A stretch of 50,720 nucleotides of DNA from an uncultured Clostridia bacterium (lineage in GTDB: Bacteria > Bacillota > Clostridia > TANB77 > CAG-508): the NCBI GenBank assembly GCA_947632835.1, contig CANRQI010000001.1, positions 1-50,720 on the forward strand. Direction: 5' to 3'. The first letter of the stretch is position 1. Each line of letters opens with the position of its first letter. The notes beneath the pieces were generated by a model. That model ran no database searches, was not told where the DNA came from, and saw only the letters and a list, made by a program, of their open reading frames with translations. The position numbers and the translations under genes are program-made. Positions 38,120-48,459 of the stretch are shown in pieces.

Positions 38120-39722
38120 TTATTGTCTATACCATTTTTCTATATTATAAAAAATACTAAAAGAATTTGGACTAACTTTACCACACAAAGATTGATTAAA
38201 AATTACTGAATCTGTTTCTCTATATAAAAAAATATAAGGAAATTCATTCAAATATTCATCATATAACTTATTATAATTATCTTTTTGAACGTTATAATCC
38301 CCAGTATTTTTTATCGTATTTAATAAATTATTAACATTTTCATTTGAATAATTAGCAATATTATTTTCGCCAAAAAATATTGATAATTTAGGACTATAAC
38401 CAACTTTAAAACCAGTCATTATAACCTCATAATTCTTATTATTTAAAGTTTCAATATACTTTGAATTTGAAATTTCTTTTATACTAACATTTATTCCATG
38501 ATTTATTAATTGATTAGCAACAGTATTAACAGCATTAACTCTATCAGCTCTTGTACTATCTACAACAATAGAAAATCTTAAAACTTTTCCTTCCTTTATC
38601 CAAGCATTATTTATATAATTCCAACCAGCTTCATTTAATAACCTATCTGCCTCCTCAGAATTATATTGAATATTCAATTTTTCATCATACATACAATTTT
38701 CATTTCCATACACGAAATTTAAAGGTGCATATCCAGCCCCCATACTAGCAAGTATATTATTTTTATCCAAAAGTAAAGTTATTGCCTTTCGCACTCTAGG
38801 ATCCGAAAAAATCTCATTATTTGTATTAAATGCCAAAAAATCAATATTTCTATCAGCATAATCTACTTTATTATAACCGTAAAGAACCTATATAAGTTTC
38901 TATATCAGGAGTTGTAATATCCATTATATCTATGTATCCACTTTTAAATGCTGTGTACATTTCTCCAATTGTATTATACAATCCAATATTAATTTCTGTA
39001 ATTAAAGATTGTTTTTCTTTATTCCAATAATTTTCATTTTTAGCCAATTTTATGGTGTTATCTGTTTTTTCAATAATTTTAAACATTCCAGTTCCAATAA
39101 TATTATTATTTTTTGGAGTATTTATAAAATCCTCATTAACAAAATAATTACTATTCAATATTGGAAATGTTAAATTATATTCAAAAAAATCTTCTTCATT
39201 ATAAAGAGTTAACTTGATTGTATACGCATCAACAATATCAAGTACAGACAAATTTTTTAAATTATCTGTATATGGTGAATTTATACCATAAGTTTCTGGT
39301 AACATTTTTATTGTATCTATTGTAAACTTAACATCTTGCGCTGTAAAATCACTACCATCTTGCCATTTAACATTTTCTTTTAATTTGATAATATAAGTTA
39401 CATTATCTATTTTGGAAATTTCAGATGCTAAATTATAATCAAAACCATAATTATTGGAAATCATTACTAAAGAATCAAAAATTAATCTTGAAATTTCTTT
39501 AACATTTTTATTATTACTAACTAAAGGGTTTAAGGAATCAAAACCAGCTATTCCAAGTCGTAAATCAGTTATTAATGTACTTACAGTAGAAGTTTGATCT
39601 TGAACCTCTACTTTTGATGTATCTTTATCATAAAATATAATATAAGTTACAATTAATAAAATTATAAAACCTAAAACAAATATATATTTAAAAATTCCTT
39701 GTTTCAATATTTTTTCTCCCAT
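38120..39722 (-). CDS. ABC-type oligopeptide/nickel substrate-binding protein (family 5), TM-anchored, interrupted by a +1 frame change at an in-frame CGG
   Basis: Track pieces 38871..39722 and 38120..38836 are one gene. The junction is TCT TTA CGG TTA TAA (CGG at 38877..38879). The +1 frame gives GYNKVDYADRNIDFLAFNTNNEIFSDPRVRKAI, a family-5 SBP block. Restored length is 533 aa. No permease or ATPase genes are adjacent. Confidence 0.7.
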
Positions 39723-40000
39723 TTTTTTATTCTACTATTTTAGCAAATTAATTATATATAAGTAAAATTTGTTTGTCAATACTGCCTTTTTTTAAGTTTT
39801 TGTATCTTTTTAAGTACATTCAAATTAATTTTTTATTTGTCAATACATAATATAATAGCATAATTATTTTTAATATGCAATGTTTTTTTCACTCAAAATA
39901 ATTTCTAATATTAAATTTAAAATTGTGCAATTAAAATGCTAATTTTTTATATGATAAAATAATCTGTAAAATTTTAACTTCACGGAATATCGTGAAATAA

Positions 40001-40040
40001 AAATAAGATTCGAATTATAACCATAACTCAAATCTTATTT
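40001..40040 (-). terminator. Candidate terminator hairpin after carB
   Basis: AAATAAGATT ... AATCTTATTT: a 10-bp stem with a 20-nt loop, beginning 27 nt after the carB stop. A second small hairpin TTCACG..CGTGAA lies just beyond it. Confidence 0.35.
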
Positions 40041-40066
40041 TACAAATTATAACAAAATTCTACAAC

Positions 40067-43000
40067 TTAAATTTTAGTAATATCTACAACATCTAGAGTT
40101 TCTTCAATTTCATCATCTTCTATTGCATCATATAAAGCATTAACTGTATCTAGTGATGTAAAGCATGGTATTTTACATTCTACCGCCATTCTTCTGATTT
40201 TAAATCCATCTCTATTTGACTCTTTTCCCTTTGTTGGTGTATTTACTACAAAATTTATTTTTCCATTTTCAATTAAATCTATAATGCTATCTTTACCTTC
40301 CCAAAGTTTTTCAACAACATTTACATGTATACCATTGCTTTCCAAGAATTTTGCAGTTCCAGATGTAGCATAAATTCCAAATCCTTTTAAATAAAATTTT
40401 TGTGCAATAGGTAACATTTCTGGTTTATCTTTATCTCTAACAGTTATTAAAATATTTCCTGTTTTTGATACATTTGAACCACTTGCAATAAAAGCTTTTA
40501 GAACTGCATTTGAAAAGCTTTTAGCAACGCCTAAAACTTCTCCTGTTGATTTCATTTCAGGACCTAAACTTGTATCTGCATTCTTTATTTTTTCAAATGA
40601 AAATACTGGCATTTTTACGCAAACATATTCACTTTTCCTATATAAACCAATTCCATATTCCATATCTCTAAGCATTTTTCCTAAAATTACATTAGTTGCA
40701 ATTTCAATCATTGGCAAATTAGTAACTTTACTAATATATGGAACAGTTCTACTTGAACGTGGGTTAACTTCTATAATATAAACTGCACCTTGACAAATTA
40801 TAAATTGAATATTAATCATTCCAATTATATTTAATTCTTTTGCTATTTTTTTAGTATATTCAACTATTGTATCTAAATGTCTTTGCTCAATAGTTTGAGT
40901 AGGATAAACAGAAATACTATCTCCAGAATGTACACCTGCTCTTTCCAAGTGTTCCATAATTCCTGGTATTAATACATCCATTCCATCACAAATTGCATCA
41001 ACTTCCAATTCTTTACCCATCATATATTTATCAACTAATATTGGATGTTCTTGAGCAACTTTATTAATTTCATTAACATATTCTTCTATTTCATTGTCAT
41101 CATAAGCTATTGCCATTCCTTGTCCACCTAAAACATAAGATGGTCTAACTAATACTGGATATCCCAATCTTTTAGCAACTCTTTTTGCTTCTTCTACTGT
41201 GTAAATTGTTTCCCCTTGAGGTCTCAATATTCCACAATTTGATAAAGCTTTGTCAAATTCTTTTCTATCTTCTGCTCTATCCATATCTACTGGTGAAGTT
41301 CCTAAAACTTGAACTCCCATTTTATCTAAAGCTTCAGTAAGTTTTATAGCAGTTTGTCCACCAAATTGTACTATTGCTCCAACAGGCCTTTCAATTTCAA
41401 CAATATTTCTTACATCTTCAGGAGTAAGTGGTTCAAAATATAATTTATCTGCAATATCAAAATCTGTACTTACAGTTTCTGGATTATTATTTACAATAAT
41501 TGTTTCATATCCCTGTTTCTTTAAAGCCCAAACTCCATGAACACTACAATAATCAAATTCTATACCTTGTCCTATTCTAATTGGTCCTGAACCTAAAACC
41601 ATTATCTTCATTTGATTAGAATTTTTTGCTTCATTTTCATCATCATAAGAAGAATAATAATATGGTGTTTTAGCCTCAAATTCAGCACTACAAGTATCTA
41701 CCAATTTGAAGTTTGCTATAATATTATTTTCATATCTTAATTCTCTAATTTCTTCTTCTGTTTTTCCATTTAATGAAGCTATAACTTTATCTGTAAATCC
41801 CATTTTTTTAGCTTTTAATAATAAATCTGAATTAATGCTGTGAATCTCTAAATCCTTCTCCATTCTAACTATTTTTGCAATTATTCCAACGAAAAATTTA
41901 TCAATTGTAGTTATTTTACAAATTTCTTCAACACTTATTCCCCTTCTTAAAGCTTCTGCTATAACAAAAATTCTCTCATTATCTCTTTTACGCAATCTAT
42001 CATGTATTTCTTCTTTAGTATATTCCTTTAAAGTAGGAAGTATTAATGAATCAACATTTTCTTCTAATGAACGAATTGCCTTCATTAAAGCCCCTTCTAA
42101 ACTAGGTGCTATCGCCATAACCTCTCCTGTTGCTTTCATCTGTGTTCCTAGCTCTCTATTTGCAGTTAAAAACTTTTTAAATGGCCATTTTGGTATTTTT
42201 ACTACTACATAATCCAAAACTGGTTCAAAACATGCATAAGTTTTACCTGTAACTTCATTCATAATTTCATCTAAAGTATATCCTAATGCTATTTTTGTAG
42301 CTACTTTTGCAATAGGATATCCAGTAGCCTTTGAAGCTAATGCTGAAGAACGACTAACTCTAGGATTAACTTCAATTACAGCATATTCAAAACTATTTGG
42401 ATTTAAAGCAAATTGTACATTACATCCACCTTCAATTTTCAAAGCTGAAATAATTTTTATTGCTGAAGTTCTAAGCATTTGATATTCTTTATTAGATAAA
42501 GTTTGTGAAGGTGCAACAACAATACTATCTCCTGTATGAATTCCAACTGGATCTATATTTTCCATATTACAAATTGTTATACAATTTCCTTTGCTATCTC
42601 TCATAACCTCATATTCAATTTCTTTCCAGCCTGAAATACATTTTTCTACAAGAATTTCATTTACTCTTGACATTCTAATACCACTTGCTGAAATTTCTTC
42701 CAATTCTTCAACTGTATAAGCAATTCCACCACCAGTACCTCCTAAAGTATAAGCTGGTCTAATAATTACTGGAAGTCCTATTTCTTTTCCAAACTCAACT
42801 GCATCTTCAACTGTATGTACTACTTTACTTGCAATACAAGGCTCATTTATACTTTCCATCATATCTTTAAAACATTGTCTATCTTCTGCATTTTTAATTC
42901 CTTCAGGAGATGTTCCTAAAAGTTTTACCTCATATTTATCTAAAAAACCTTCTTCTGCAAGTTCCATAGCTAAATTAAGACCAGTTTGTCCACCTAAATT

Positions 43001-43261
43001 AGGTAATATACTATCAGGACGTTCTTTTTCTATTACTTTTTTTAAGGTTTTTACTGTTAATGGCTCAATATAAATTTTATCTGCCATATTTTTATCTGTC
43101 ATAATTGTTGCTGGATTTGAATTAATTAAAATAACCTCTAATCCTTCTTTTTTCAATTCTCTACAAGCTTGAGTTCCTGCATAATCAAATTCAGCTGCTT
43201 GGCCTATTACAATTGGTCCTGAACCTATTACTAAAACTCTTCTTATTGAATCATTTTTCAT
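40067..43261 (-). CDS. carB: Carbamoyl-phosphate synthase large subunit
   Basis: 1064 aa with duplicated ATP-grasp halves (VLVIGSGPIVIGQAAEFDYAGTQA and IMVLGSGPIRIGQGIEFDYCSVH) and a C-terminal MGS-like domain. Confidence 0.97.
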   Translation of the reverse strand: MKNDSIRRVLVIGSGPIVIGQAAEFDYAGTQACRELKKEGLEVILINSNPATIMTDKNMADKIYIEPLTVKTLKKVIEKERPDSILPNLGGQTGLNLAMELAEEGFLDKYEVKLLGTSPEGIKNAEDRQCFKDMMESINEPCIASKVVHTVEDAVEFGKEIGLPVIIRPAYTLGGTGGGIAYTVEELEEISASGIRMSRVNEILVEKCISGWKEIEYEVMRDSKGNCITICNMENIDPVGIHTGDSIVVAPSQTLSNKEYQMLRTSAIKIISALKIEGGCNVQFALNPNSFEYAVIEVNPRVSRSSALASKATGYPIAKVATKIALGYTLDEIMNEVTGKTYACFEPVLDYVVVKIPKWPFKKFLTANRELGTQMKATGEVMAIAPSLEGALMKAIRSLEENVDSLILPTLKEYTKEEIHDRLRKRDNERIFVIAEALRRGISVEEICKITTIDKFFVGIIAKIVRMEKDLEIHSINSDLLLKAKKMGFTDKVIASLNGKTEEEIRELRYENNIIANFKLVDTCSAEFEAKTPYYYSSYDDENEAKNSNQMKIMVLGSGPIRIGQGIEFDYCSVHGVWALKKQGYETIIVNNNPETVSTDFDIADKLYFEPLTPEDVRNIVEIERPVGAIVQFGGQTAIKLTEALDKMGVQVLGTSPVDMDRAEDRKEFDKALSNCGILRPQGETIYTVEEAKRVAKRLGYPVLVRPSYVLGGQGMAIAYDDNEIEEYVNEINKVAQEHPILVDKYMMGKELEVDAICDGMDVLIPGIMEHLERAGVHSGDSISVYPTQTIEQRHLDTIVEYTKKIAKELNIIGMINIQFIICQGAVYIIEVNPRSSRTVPYISKVTNLPMIEIATNVILGKMLRDMEYGIGLYRKSEYVCVKMPVFSFEKIKNADTSLGPEMKSTGEVLGVAKSFSNAVLKAFIASGSNVSKTGNILITVRDKDKPEMLPIAQKFYLKGFGIYATSGTAKFLESNGIHVNVVEKLWEGKDSIIDLIENGKINFVVNTPTKGKESNRDGFKIRRMAVECKIPCFTSLDTVNALYDAIEDDEIEETLDVVDITKI

Positions 43262-43278
43262 TTCTTACCCCTTCTTTA

Positions 43279-44349
43279 CTATTTCTTATTTACCATTTCT
43301 ATAAAATCATCAAATATATATGCAGTATCTTCTGGTCCAGGACATGCTTCTGGATGAAATTGTACTGTAAATACATTTTTATCTTTATATTTAAGTCCTT
43401 CTACTGTACCATCATTCAAATTAATATGTGAAACTTCAGCAATATCTGGATTTACACTTGTATCTACAACATAATATCCATGATTTTGAGAAGTAATATA
43501 AACTCTATCATTAAATAAATCTTTTACAGGATGATTAGCACCTCTATGACCATACTTTAATTTTGCCGTTCTAGCACCAGTAGCTAAAGCTAAAAGTTGA
43601 TGTCCCAAACAAATACCTAAAATTGGTATATTAGTTTTAAATAATTTTTTTATCACTTCAATTTGATATTTGCAATCTTCAGGATCACCTGGTCCATTTG
43701 AAAGCATTATTCCATCAGGTCTAGTAGCTAAAATAATTTCAGCTGGTGTATCTGCTGGATAAACAGTTACTCCAACACCCCTTCTAAGTAAAGAATTTAT
43801 AATATTATGTTTAGCTCCATAATCTAATAATGCAACTTGCTTTGGTTTTGTACTTCCATAAGTAACTGCTTTTTTACAACTTACTTGTTCTACAACATTA
43901 CCTACTTTAAATTCTTGAAGTTTTTCTTTAATTTCTTCAACTCTTTCAAGACTCGAAACTAAAGCTCCTCTTAAAGTTCCTGCATCTCTAAGTACTTTTG
44001 TTAATCTTCTAGTATTTACTCCTGTAAGTCCTGGAACATTATTTTCCTTTAAAAATGTTTGTAAATCTTTATTTGTTCTAAAATTATTTTCATATTCAGC
44101 AAGCTCATGTATAAAAACTGCTTTTGCCCATATTTTCTCAGATTCTTCATCCTCTGTAATTACTCCATAATTTCCTATCAATGGATATGTCATAACAATT
44201 CCCTGTCCTGCATAAGAAGGGTCTGTAAATGTTTCGATATAACCTGCCATTGCAGTATTAAAAACTATTTCACAAATAGCATCTTTTGTAGCTCCGATTC
44301 TTTGTCCTTCAAAAATTTCTCCATTTTCTAATATCAAAAATCCTTTCAT
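43279..44349 (-). CDS. carA: Carbamoyl-phosphate synthase small (glutaminase) subunit
   Basis: 356 aa with an N-terminal CPSase small-chain domain. The GATase triad context is GICLGHQLLA ... QFHPE. Confidence 0.95.
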   Translation of the reverse strand: MKGFLILENGEIFEGQRIGATKDAICEIVFNTAMAGYIETFTDPSYAGQGIVMTYPLIGNYGVITEDEESEKIWAKAVFIHELAEYENNFRTNKDLQTFLKENNVPGLTGVNTRRLTKVLRDAGTLRGALVSSLERVEEIKEKLQEFKVGNVVEQVSCKKAVTYGSTKPKQVALLDYGAKHNIINSLLRRGVGVTVYPADTPAEIILATRPDGIMLSNGPGDPEDCKYQIEVIKKLFKTNIPILGICLGHQLLALATGARTAKLKYGHRGANHPVKDLFNDRVYITSQNHGYYVVDTSVNPDIAEVSHINLNDGTVEGLKYKDKNVFTVQFHPEACPGPEDTAYIFDDFIEMVNKK

Positions 44350-44366
44350 TTTTTCCCCCTTTAACC

Positions 44367-44402
44367 TAAAAATAGAACACTAAATAAAACTTAGTGTTCT
44401 AT
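44367..44402 (-). terminator. Intrinsic terminator or attenuator hairpin 20 nt upstream of the carA start
   Basis: On the minus strand, ATAGAACACTAA-GTTTTAT-TTAGTGTTCTAT followed by TTTTTAGG, then the carA SD AGGGGGA. It could terminate greA transcripts, attenuate carAB, or both. Confidence 0.55.
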
Positions 44403-44555
44403 ATCTTCCAATAAGTAAAATGAAAAATAAATAGAAAAAAAGCTTTTAATTTTTAATTTTCTTAAATTATCTTTTTTCATATTTATTTTTTTCATTTTAA
44501 TTTTCCCTTCCATTTAAATCTCTTTTTATATTCTTAATCTTTAGTTTTTTGATAT

Positions 44556-45032
44556 TTATTTTGTTATTTTTAGTATTTTTAATTTTATTATTCCAGCTGG
44601 TACTTCAACTTCAATAACATCATTAACTTTTTTTCCAAGCATTGCTGCTGCAATAGGAGATTCATTTGAAATTTTATTCATAGATAAATCAACCTCAGTT
44701 GTTCCTACTATTGTATATTCCTCTTCTTCATTAAAATCTAAATCTAAAACTTTAACAATATTTCCAACTTGAACTATTTTTGTATCTATTTCAGATTCAT
44801 CTATTATTCTTGCATACCTTAATTTGGATTCCAATTCAGCTATTTTATTTTCATTCGCTGCCTGAGCATTTTTTGCTTCATCATATTCGGAATTTTCTGA
44901 TAAATCACCAAAACCTAATGCAACTTTTATTCTCTCAGAAATTTCATATCTTTTAACAGTTTTTAATTGTTCTAATTCTTTTTCTAAATTATCATATCCT
45001 TCTTGCGTCAATAATACTTCTTTTTCGCCCAT
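44556..45032 (-). CDS. greA: Transcription elongation factor GreA
   Basis: 158 aa. LT.EGY..L..EL..L.......I...I..A...[13 protein letters not shown] is the coiled-coil N-domain, followed by the C-terminal FKBP-like domain. Confidence 0.93.
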   Translation of the reverse strand: MGEKEVLLTQEGYDNLEKELEQLKTVKRYEISERIKVALGFGDLSENSEYDEAKNAQAANENKIAELESKLRYARIIDESEIDTKIVQVGNIVKVLDLDFNEEEEYTIVGTTEVDLSMNKISNESPIAAAMLGKKVNDVIEVEVPAGIIKLKILKITK

Positions 45033-45126
45033 TATACTAAAGACTCCTTTCTAGTAAATTAACGACATTTAAAAAAAACGTTCTATATAATAATAAGGCT
45101 TTTTTAGCGATTTGTCAAGACATAAT

Positions 45127-46008
45127 TTAATTTTTTCTTTCTAAACATTGTATTTTTACATCATCATTTCTAATTTCTCTCCATATATTTTGAGCACTTG
45201 TTCTCTTATATACAATACTTTCATATAAATTAACTGCATTAAATCCTTTTAATTTCGAAAATTTTTCCTTATATTTTTTAGGTAAATCAATATGATAAAA
45301 ATTAGCATTCACACCATTAAAACTTTTCTGATTCATCTTTATAGTATTTTCAAAATTAACAATTACAGCCTTCTTAGGAAAAACTATTTTATTAAAATCC
45401 TCTTGAGAAAAATTTAGATTTAATATAATATTTGAATTAATACATGCCTTTTTATAATTACTTGTAACATTAACTATTAAACCATTTTCTTCACATATAC
45501 TTTTCACTAATACATTAAACATTTTTGGATTAGCTGTAACAATATTTATATTTTTAACTTTATTTGAAAGCTTTTTAATACTTTCAAATATAAGTAAATT
45601 ATTGTCATTAGTAAGTATTGAAATTTCTTGTTTTTCTGAAATTTCTCCCATATTAGAACACACATAATCTACAATATCTGTAATTAAGTACTTAAAAAGC
45701 CATCTTCCATTTAATATATTAATATTTTTTTCACTTAGTAATTTTAGAATTTCTTCTTTTGACATTAAATTATCAGAAATACAAATATTTTTTGTAACAT
45801 CAGTTTTAAAAATTTTATCTAACTTTTTCAAAACTTTTCTATTAACTTTAGGAATAACTACAACAAGATTACCATCTATTTTATATTTTAAAACTTGTCC
45901 AGTTATTAATTTAAAATTATTTATAAAATTTCTAATAAACTTTGGAAATTTACGTTCCTTTTCAGTTAATAAATCATTTTTATTTATAGCCAAATCTAAA
46001 TACAACAT
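45127..46008 (-). CDS. Hypothetical protein
   Basis: A long ORF rich in Lys/Asn/Ile with no family recognised. The start was moved to ATG 46008 (MLYLDL...), because the track GTG 46017 is itself part of the GAGGTG SD. Confidence 0.4.
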   Translation of the reverse strand: MLYLDLAINKNDLLTEKERKFPKFIRNFINNFKLITGQVLKYKIDGNLVVVIPKVNRKVLKKLDKIFKTDVTKNICISDNLMSKEEILKLLSEKNINILNGRWLFKYLITDIVDYVCSNMGEISEKQEISILTNDNNLLIFESIKKLSNKVKNINIVTANPKMFNVLVKSICEENGLIVNVTSNYKKACINSNIILNLNFSQEDFNKIVFPKKAVIVNFENTIKMNQKSFNGVNANFYHIDLPKKYKEKFSKLKGFNAVNLYESIVYKRTSAQNIWREIRNDDVKIQCLERKN

Positions 46009-46061
46009 ATATATCACCTCAGTAATATATATGCTGTATTTTCATTTTAATGCTAAAAATT

Positions 46062-47819
46062 TTATTTTTTTATTGATATATGAACTTCATCTAATTGTTT
46101 TTGTGAAACATCACTTGGTGCCTTCATAAGCAAATCTTGAGCTTTACTATTCATTGGAAATGCTATAACTTCTCTAATACTTTCTTCATCAGTTAAAAGC
46201 ATTAATATTCTATCTACTCCTGGTGCAATTCCAGCATGAGGTGGTGCTCCATAATGAAAAGCATTATATAAAGCATCAAACTTTTTCTTAATTTCATCCT
46301 CTGTATAATTTGCAATTTTAAATGCTTTTAACATAAGCTCTGGGTCATGATTTCTAACTGCTCCAGAAGATAATTCTACACCATTACAAACAATATCATA
46401 TTGATATGCTAAAATATCAAGTGGTTCTTGAGTTTCCAATGCTTTCATTCCACCTTGTGGCATAGAAAATGGATTATGACAAAAAGTTAATTTTCCATTA
46501 TCAGCTATTTCATACATTGGAAAATCTACTATCCAGCAAAATTCAAATTTATTTTTATCTATTAAATTTAATCTAATTCCAAGTTCATTTCTTATATCAC
46601 CTGCTAATTTTTCAACAATTCCATGATGCTCTGCAATGAAAAATATACTATCTCCTGCTTTTGTATTAGTTTTAGCCAAAAGTTCTTCTCTTGCATCTTC
46701 TGGAATCAATTTTGCAATAGGACCTTGTAATTCTTTATTTTCACCAACTTTTAGCCATGCCAAACCTTTTGCTTTACATTCATTTATAGCAAAATTTTCC
46801 ATGTCATCATAAAATGTTCTTGTTTCACTTGCACCATTTGGTACTGTTATAGTTCTAACTATTTTTCCATTAAAAACTTTTATATCCAATTTTTCAAAAA
46901 TATTTGTAACATCACAAATTAATAATGGATTTCTTAAATCTGGTTTATCTGAACCATATTTAAGCATTGCATCTTTATATGAAATTCTTGGAAATGGAAT
47001 TTTAGTTATTTCTTTATCAGAAAATTCTGAAAATGTATTATATATAACTTTTTCCATAACTTCAAAAACATCTTCTTGTGTAGCAAAAGCCATTTCCATA
47101 TCTAACTGATAAAATTCTCCTGGTGATCTATCTGCTCTTGCATCTTCATCTCTAAAACATGGTGCAATTTGAAAATATTTATCAATTCCTGAAACCATAA
47201 GTAATTGTTTAAATTGTTGAGGTGCTTGAGGAAGTGCATAGAACTTTCCAGGATACACTCTACTTGGAACTAAATAATCTCTTGCACCTTCTGGTGAAGA
47301 ACTTGTTAATATTGGAGTTTGGACCTCCAAAAAACCTTGTTCTATCATTTGCATTCTTAAAAATTGTAATAATTTAGCACGTAATTTTAAATTTTCTAAT
47401 TGTTTTCTAGAACGCAAATCTAAAAATCTATATTCTAATCTTAAATCTTCTCTAACTTTCCTATTATTTTCAATTTCATAAGGAAGTGGTTTTGTTCTTT
47501 TTCCTAAAATTTCAATTTTATCAGCAAATAATTCTACTTCTCCTGTTTCAATAGATTTATTTACTGTTTCTTCTGCTCTTAAACGAATTTTTCCAGAAAC
47601 CATAATTGTTGATTCTATTGGAATTTTTGATGCAAAATCGACCTTTTCTTCATCACCTGAAACTACCACTTGTGTAATTCCATAATAATCTCTTAAATCA
47701 ATAAATAAAACTCCTCCCAAATCTCTAATTGTTTCTATCCAACCTGCTAGCTTTACCTCTTCTCCAACATTTTCTTTTCTAATTTCTGAACAATTATAAG
47801 TTCTGTAAGTATTTTTCAT
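46062..47819 (-). CDS. aspS: Aspartate--tRNA ligase (bacterial type)
   Basis: 585 aa. It has an OB-fold N-domain (VKLAGWIETIRDLGGVLFIDLRDYYGITQVV), class II motifs (FYALPQAPQQFKQLLMVSG.DKYFQIAPCFRDED.RADR.PEF.Q.D.EM.F) and a GAD insertion. Confidence 0.95.
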   Translation of the reverse strand: MKNTYRTYNCSEIRKENVGEEVKLAGWIETIRDLGGVLFIDLRDYYGITQVVVSGDEEKVDFASKIPIESTIMVSGKIRLRAEETVNKSIETGEVELFADKIEILGKRTKPLPYEIENNRKVREDLRLEYRFLDLRSRKQLENLKLRAKLLQFLRMQMIEQGFLEVQTPILTSSSPEGARDYLVPSRVYPGKFYALPQAPQQFKQLLMVSGIDKYFQIAPCFRDEDARADRSPGEFYQLDMEMAFATQEDVFEVMEKVIYNTFSEFSDKEITKIPFPRISYKDAMLKYGSDKPDLRNPLLICDVTNIFEKLDIKVFNGKIVRTITVPNGASETRTFYDDMENFAINECKAKGLAWLKVGENKELQGPIAKLIPEDAREELLAKTNTKAGDSIFFIAEHHGIVEKLAGDIRNELGIRLNLIDKNKFEFCWIVDFPMYEIADNGKLTFCHNPFSMPQGGMKALETQEPLDILAYQYDIVCNGVELSSGAVRNHDPELMLKAFKIANYTEDEIKKKFDALYNAFHYGAPPHAGIAPGVDRILMLLTDEESIREVIAFPMNSKAQDLLMKAPSDVSQKQLDEVHISIKK

Positions 47820-47875
47820 AATTAAATTCCCCCTATTCTTCTAACATTTATACAGTTGATAAAAGTTTTTTATAT

Positions 47876-48103
47876 AAAACAAAAAACTTTCATCCTCTGC
47901 AAAACTAAATTTTACAGGGACGAAAGCTATACTTCCGCGGTACCACCCAAATTGAAAATTAAAAAATTTTCCACTTTTTATTTAATTTTATTGCTCCAAT
48001 GTGTTTCACAAATATAATTATTAAAAATGCTTTCAGCCAATGACATTTTTTCTCTAAAAATAACTAAAAACTACTTGCTTTCATCTTCAACGCAATAATT
48101 TTC
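47876..48103 (-). promoter_or_regulatory. T-box leader (tRNA-sensing riboswitch) of aspS
   Basis: The minus strand contains the T-box sequence AATTTGGGTGGTACCGCGG (core at 47935..47948). A terminator follows: AGCTTTCGTCCCTG ... CAGAGGATGAAAG plus a T-run (47876..47926). The 5-prime Stem I base is TTGCGTTGAAGATGAAAGCAAGTA ... GGAGCAA. Confidence 0.85.
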
Positions 48104-48109
48104 TTTAAT

Positions 48110-48138
48110 ATTATACACTTATATTAATTCCCTGTCAA
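48110..48138 (-). promoter_or_regulatory. Sigma-A type promoter of the aspS T-box leader
   Basis: On the minus strand, TTGACA (48138..48133), a 17-nt spacer and TATAAT (48115..48110). Both hexamers match the consensus exactly. Confidence 0.6.
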
Positions 48139-48140
48139 CA

Positions 48141-48390
48141 AAAATTTTATTTAAGTTTCGGTGCAATTTTTTAGTTAAGAAATATATATTTCAAAAAGTT
48201 TTAATATATTTTTTAAGTTATTCTCCCCATTTAAGAAAATGTAATTCACTAACGTTTATAACATTTTCTAAAACGGTCCCCACAAACCATAACTAAAAAA
48301 ATATATTAAAATTTTACATACTGTGCGTTGTTGGGAGAATGAATAAAACATATATTTTCCAAAAAAACACCGAAACTTAAATAAAATTTA
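48141..48390. repeat. Composite nested palindromic element: outer 22-nt inverted repeat enclosing an inverted family-B copy and the right half of a family-A copy
   Basis: The outer arms AAATTTTATTTAAGTTTCGGTG (48142..48163) and CACCGAAACTTAAATAAAATTT (48369..48390) are perfect reverse complements. Copy B2 at 48192..48310 matches the reverse complement of 6772..6896. The segment 48308..48360 matches the right half of element A (AAAATTTTACAKACTGTGCGT.GTTGGGA.AATGAATAAAACATATATTTT). Confidence 0.8.
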
Positions 48391-48459
48391 TTAACTAACG
48401 AATAATTTTTATACATATTCATAAAATTATACAAAACGCTACAGAAAGGAATTAAATTT

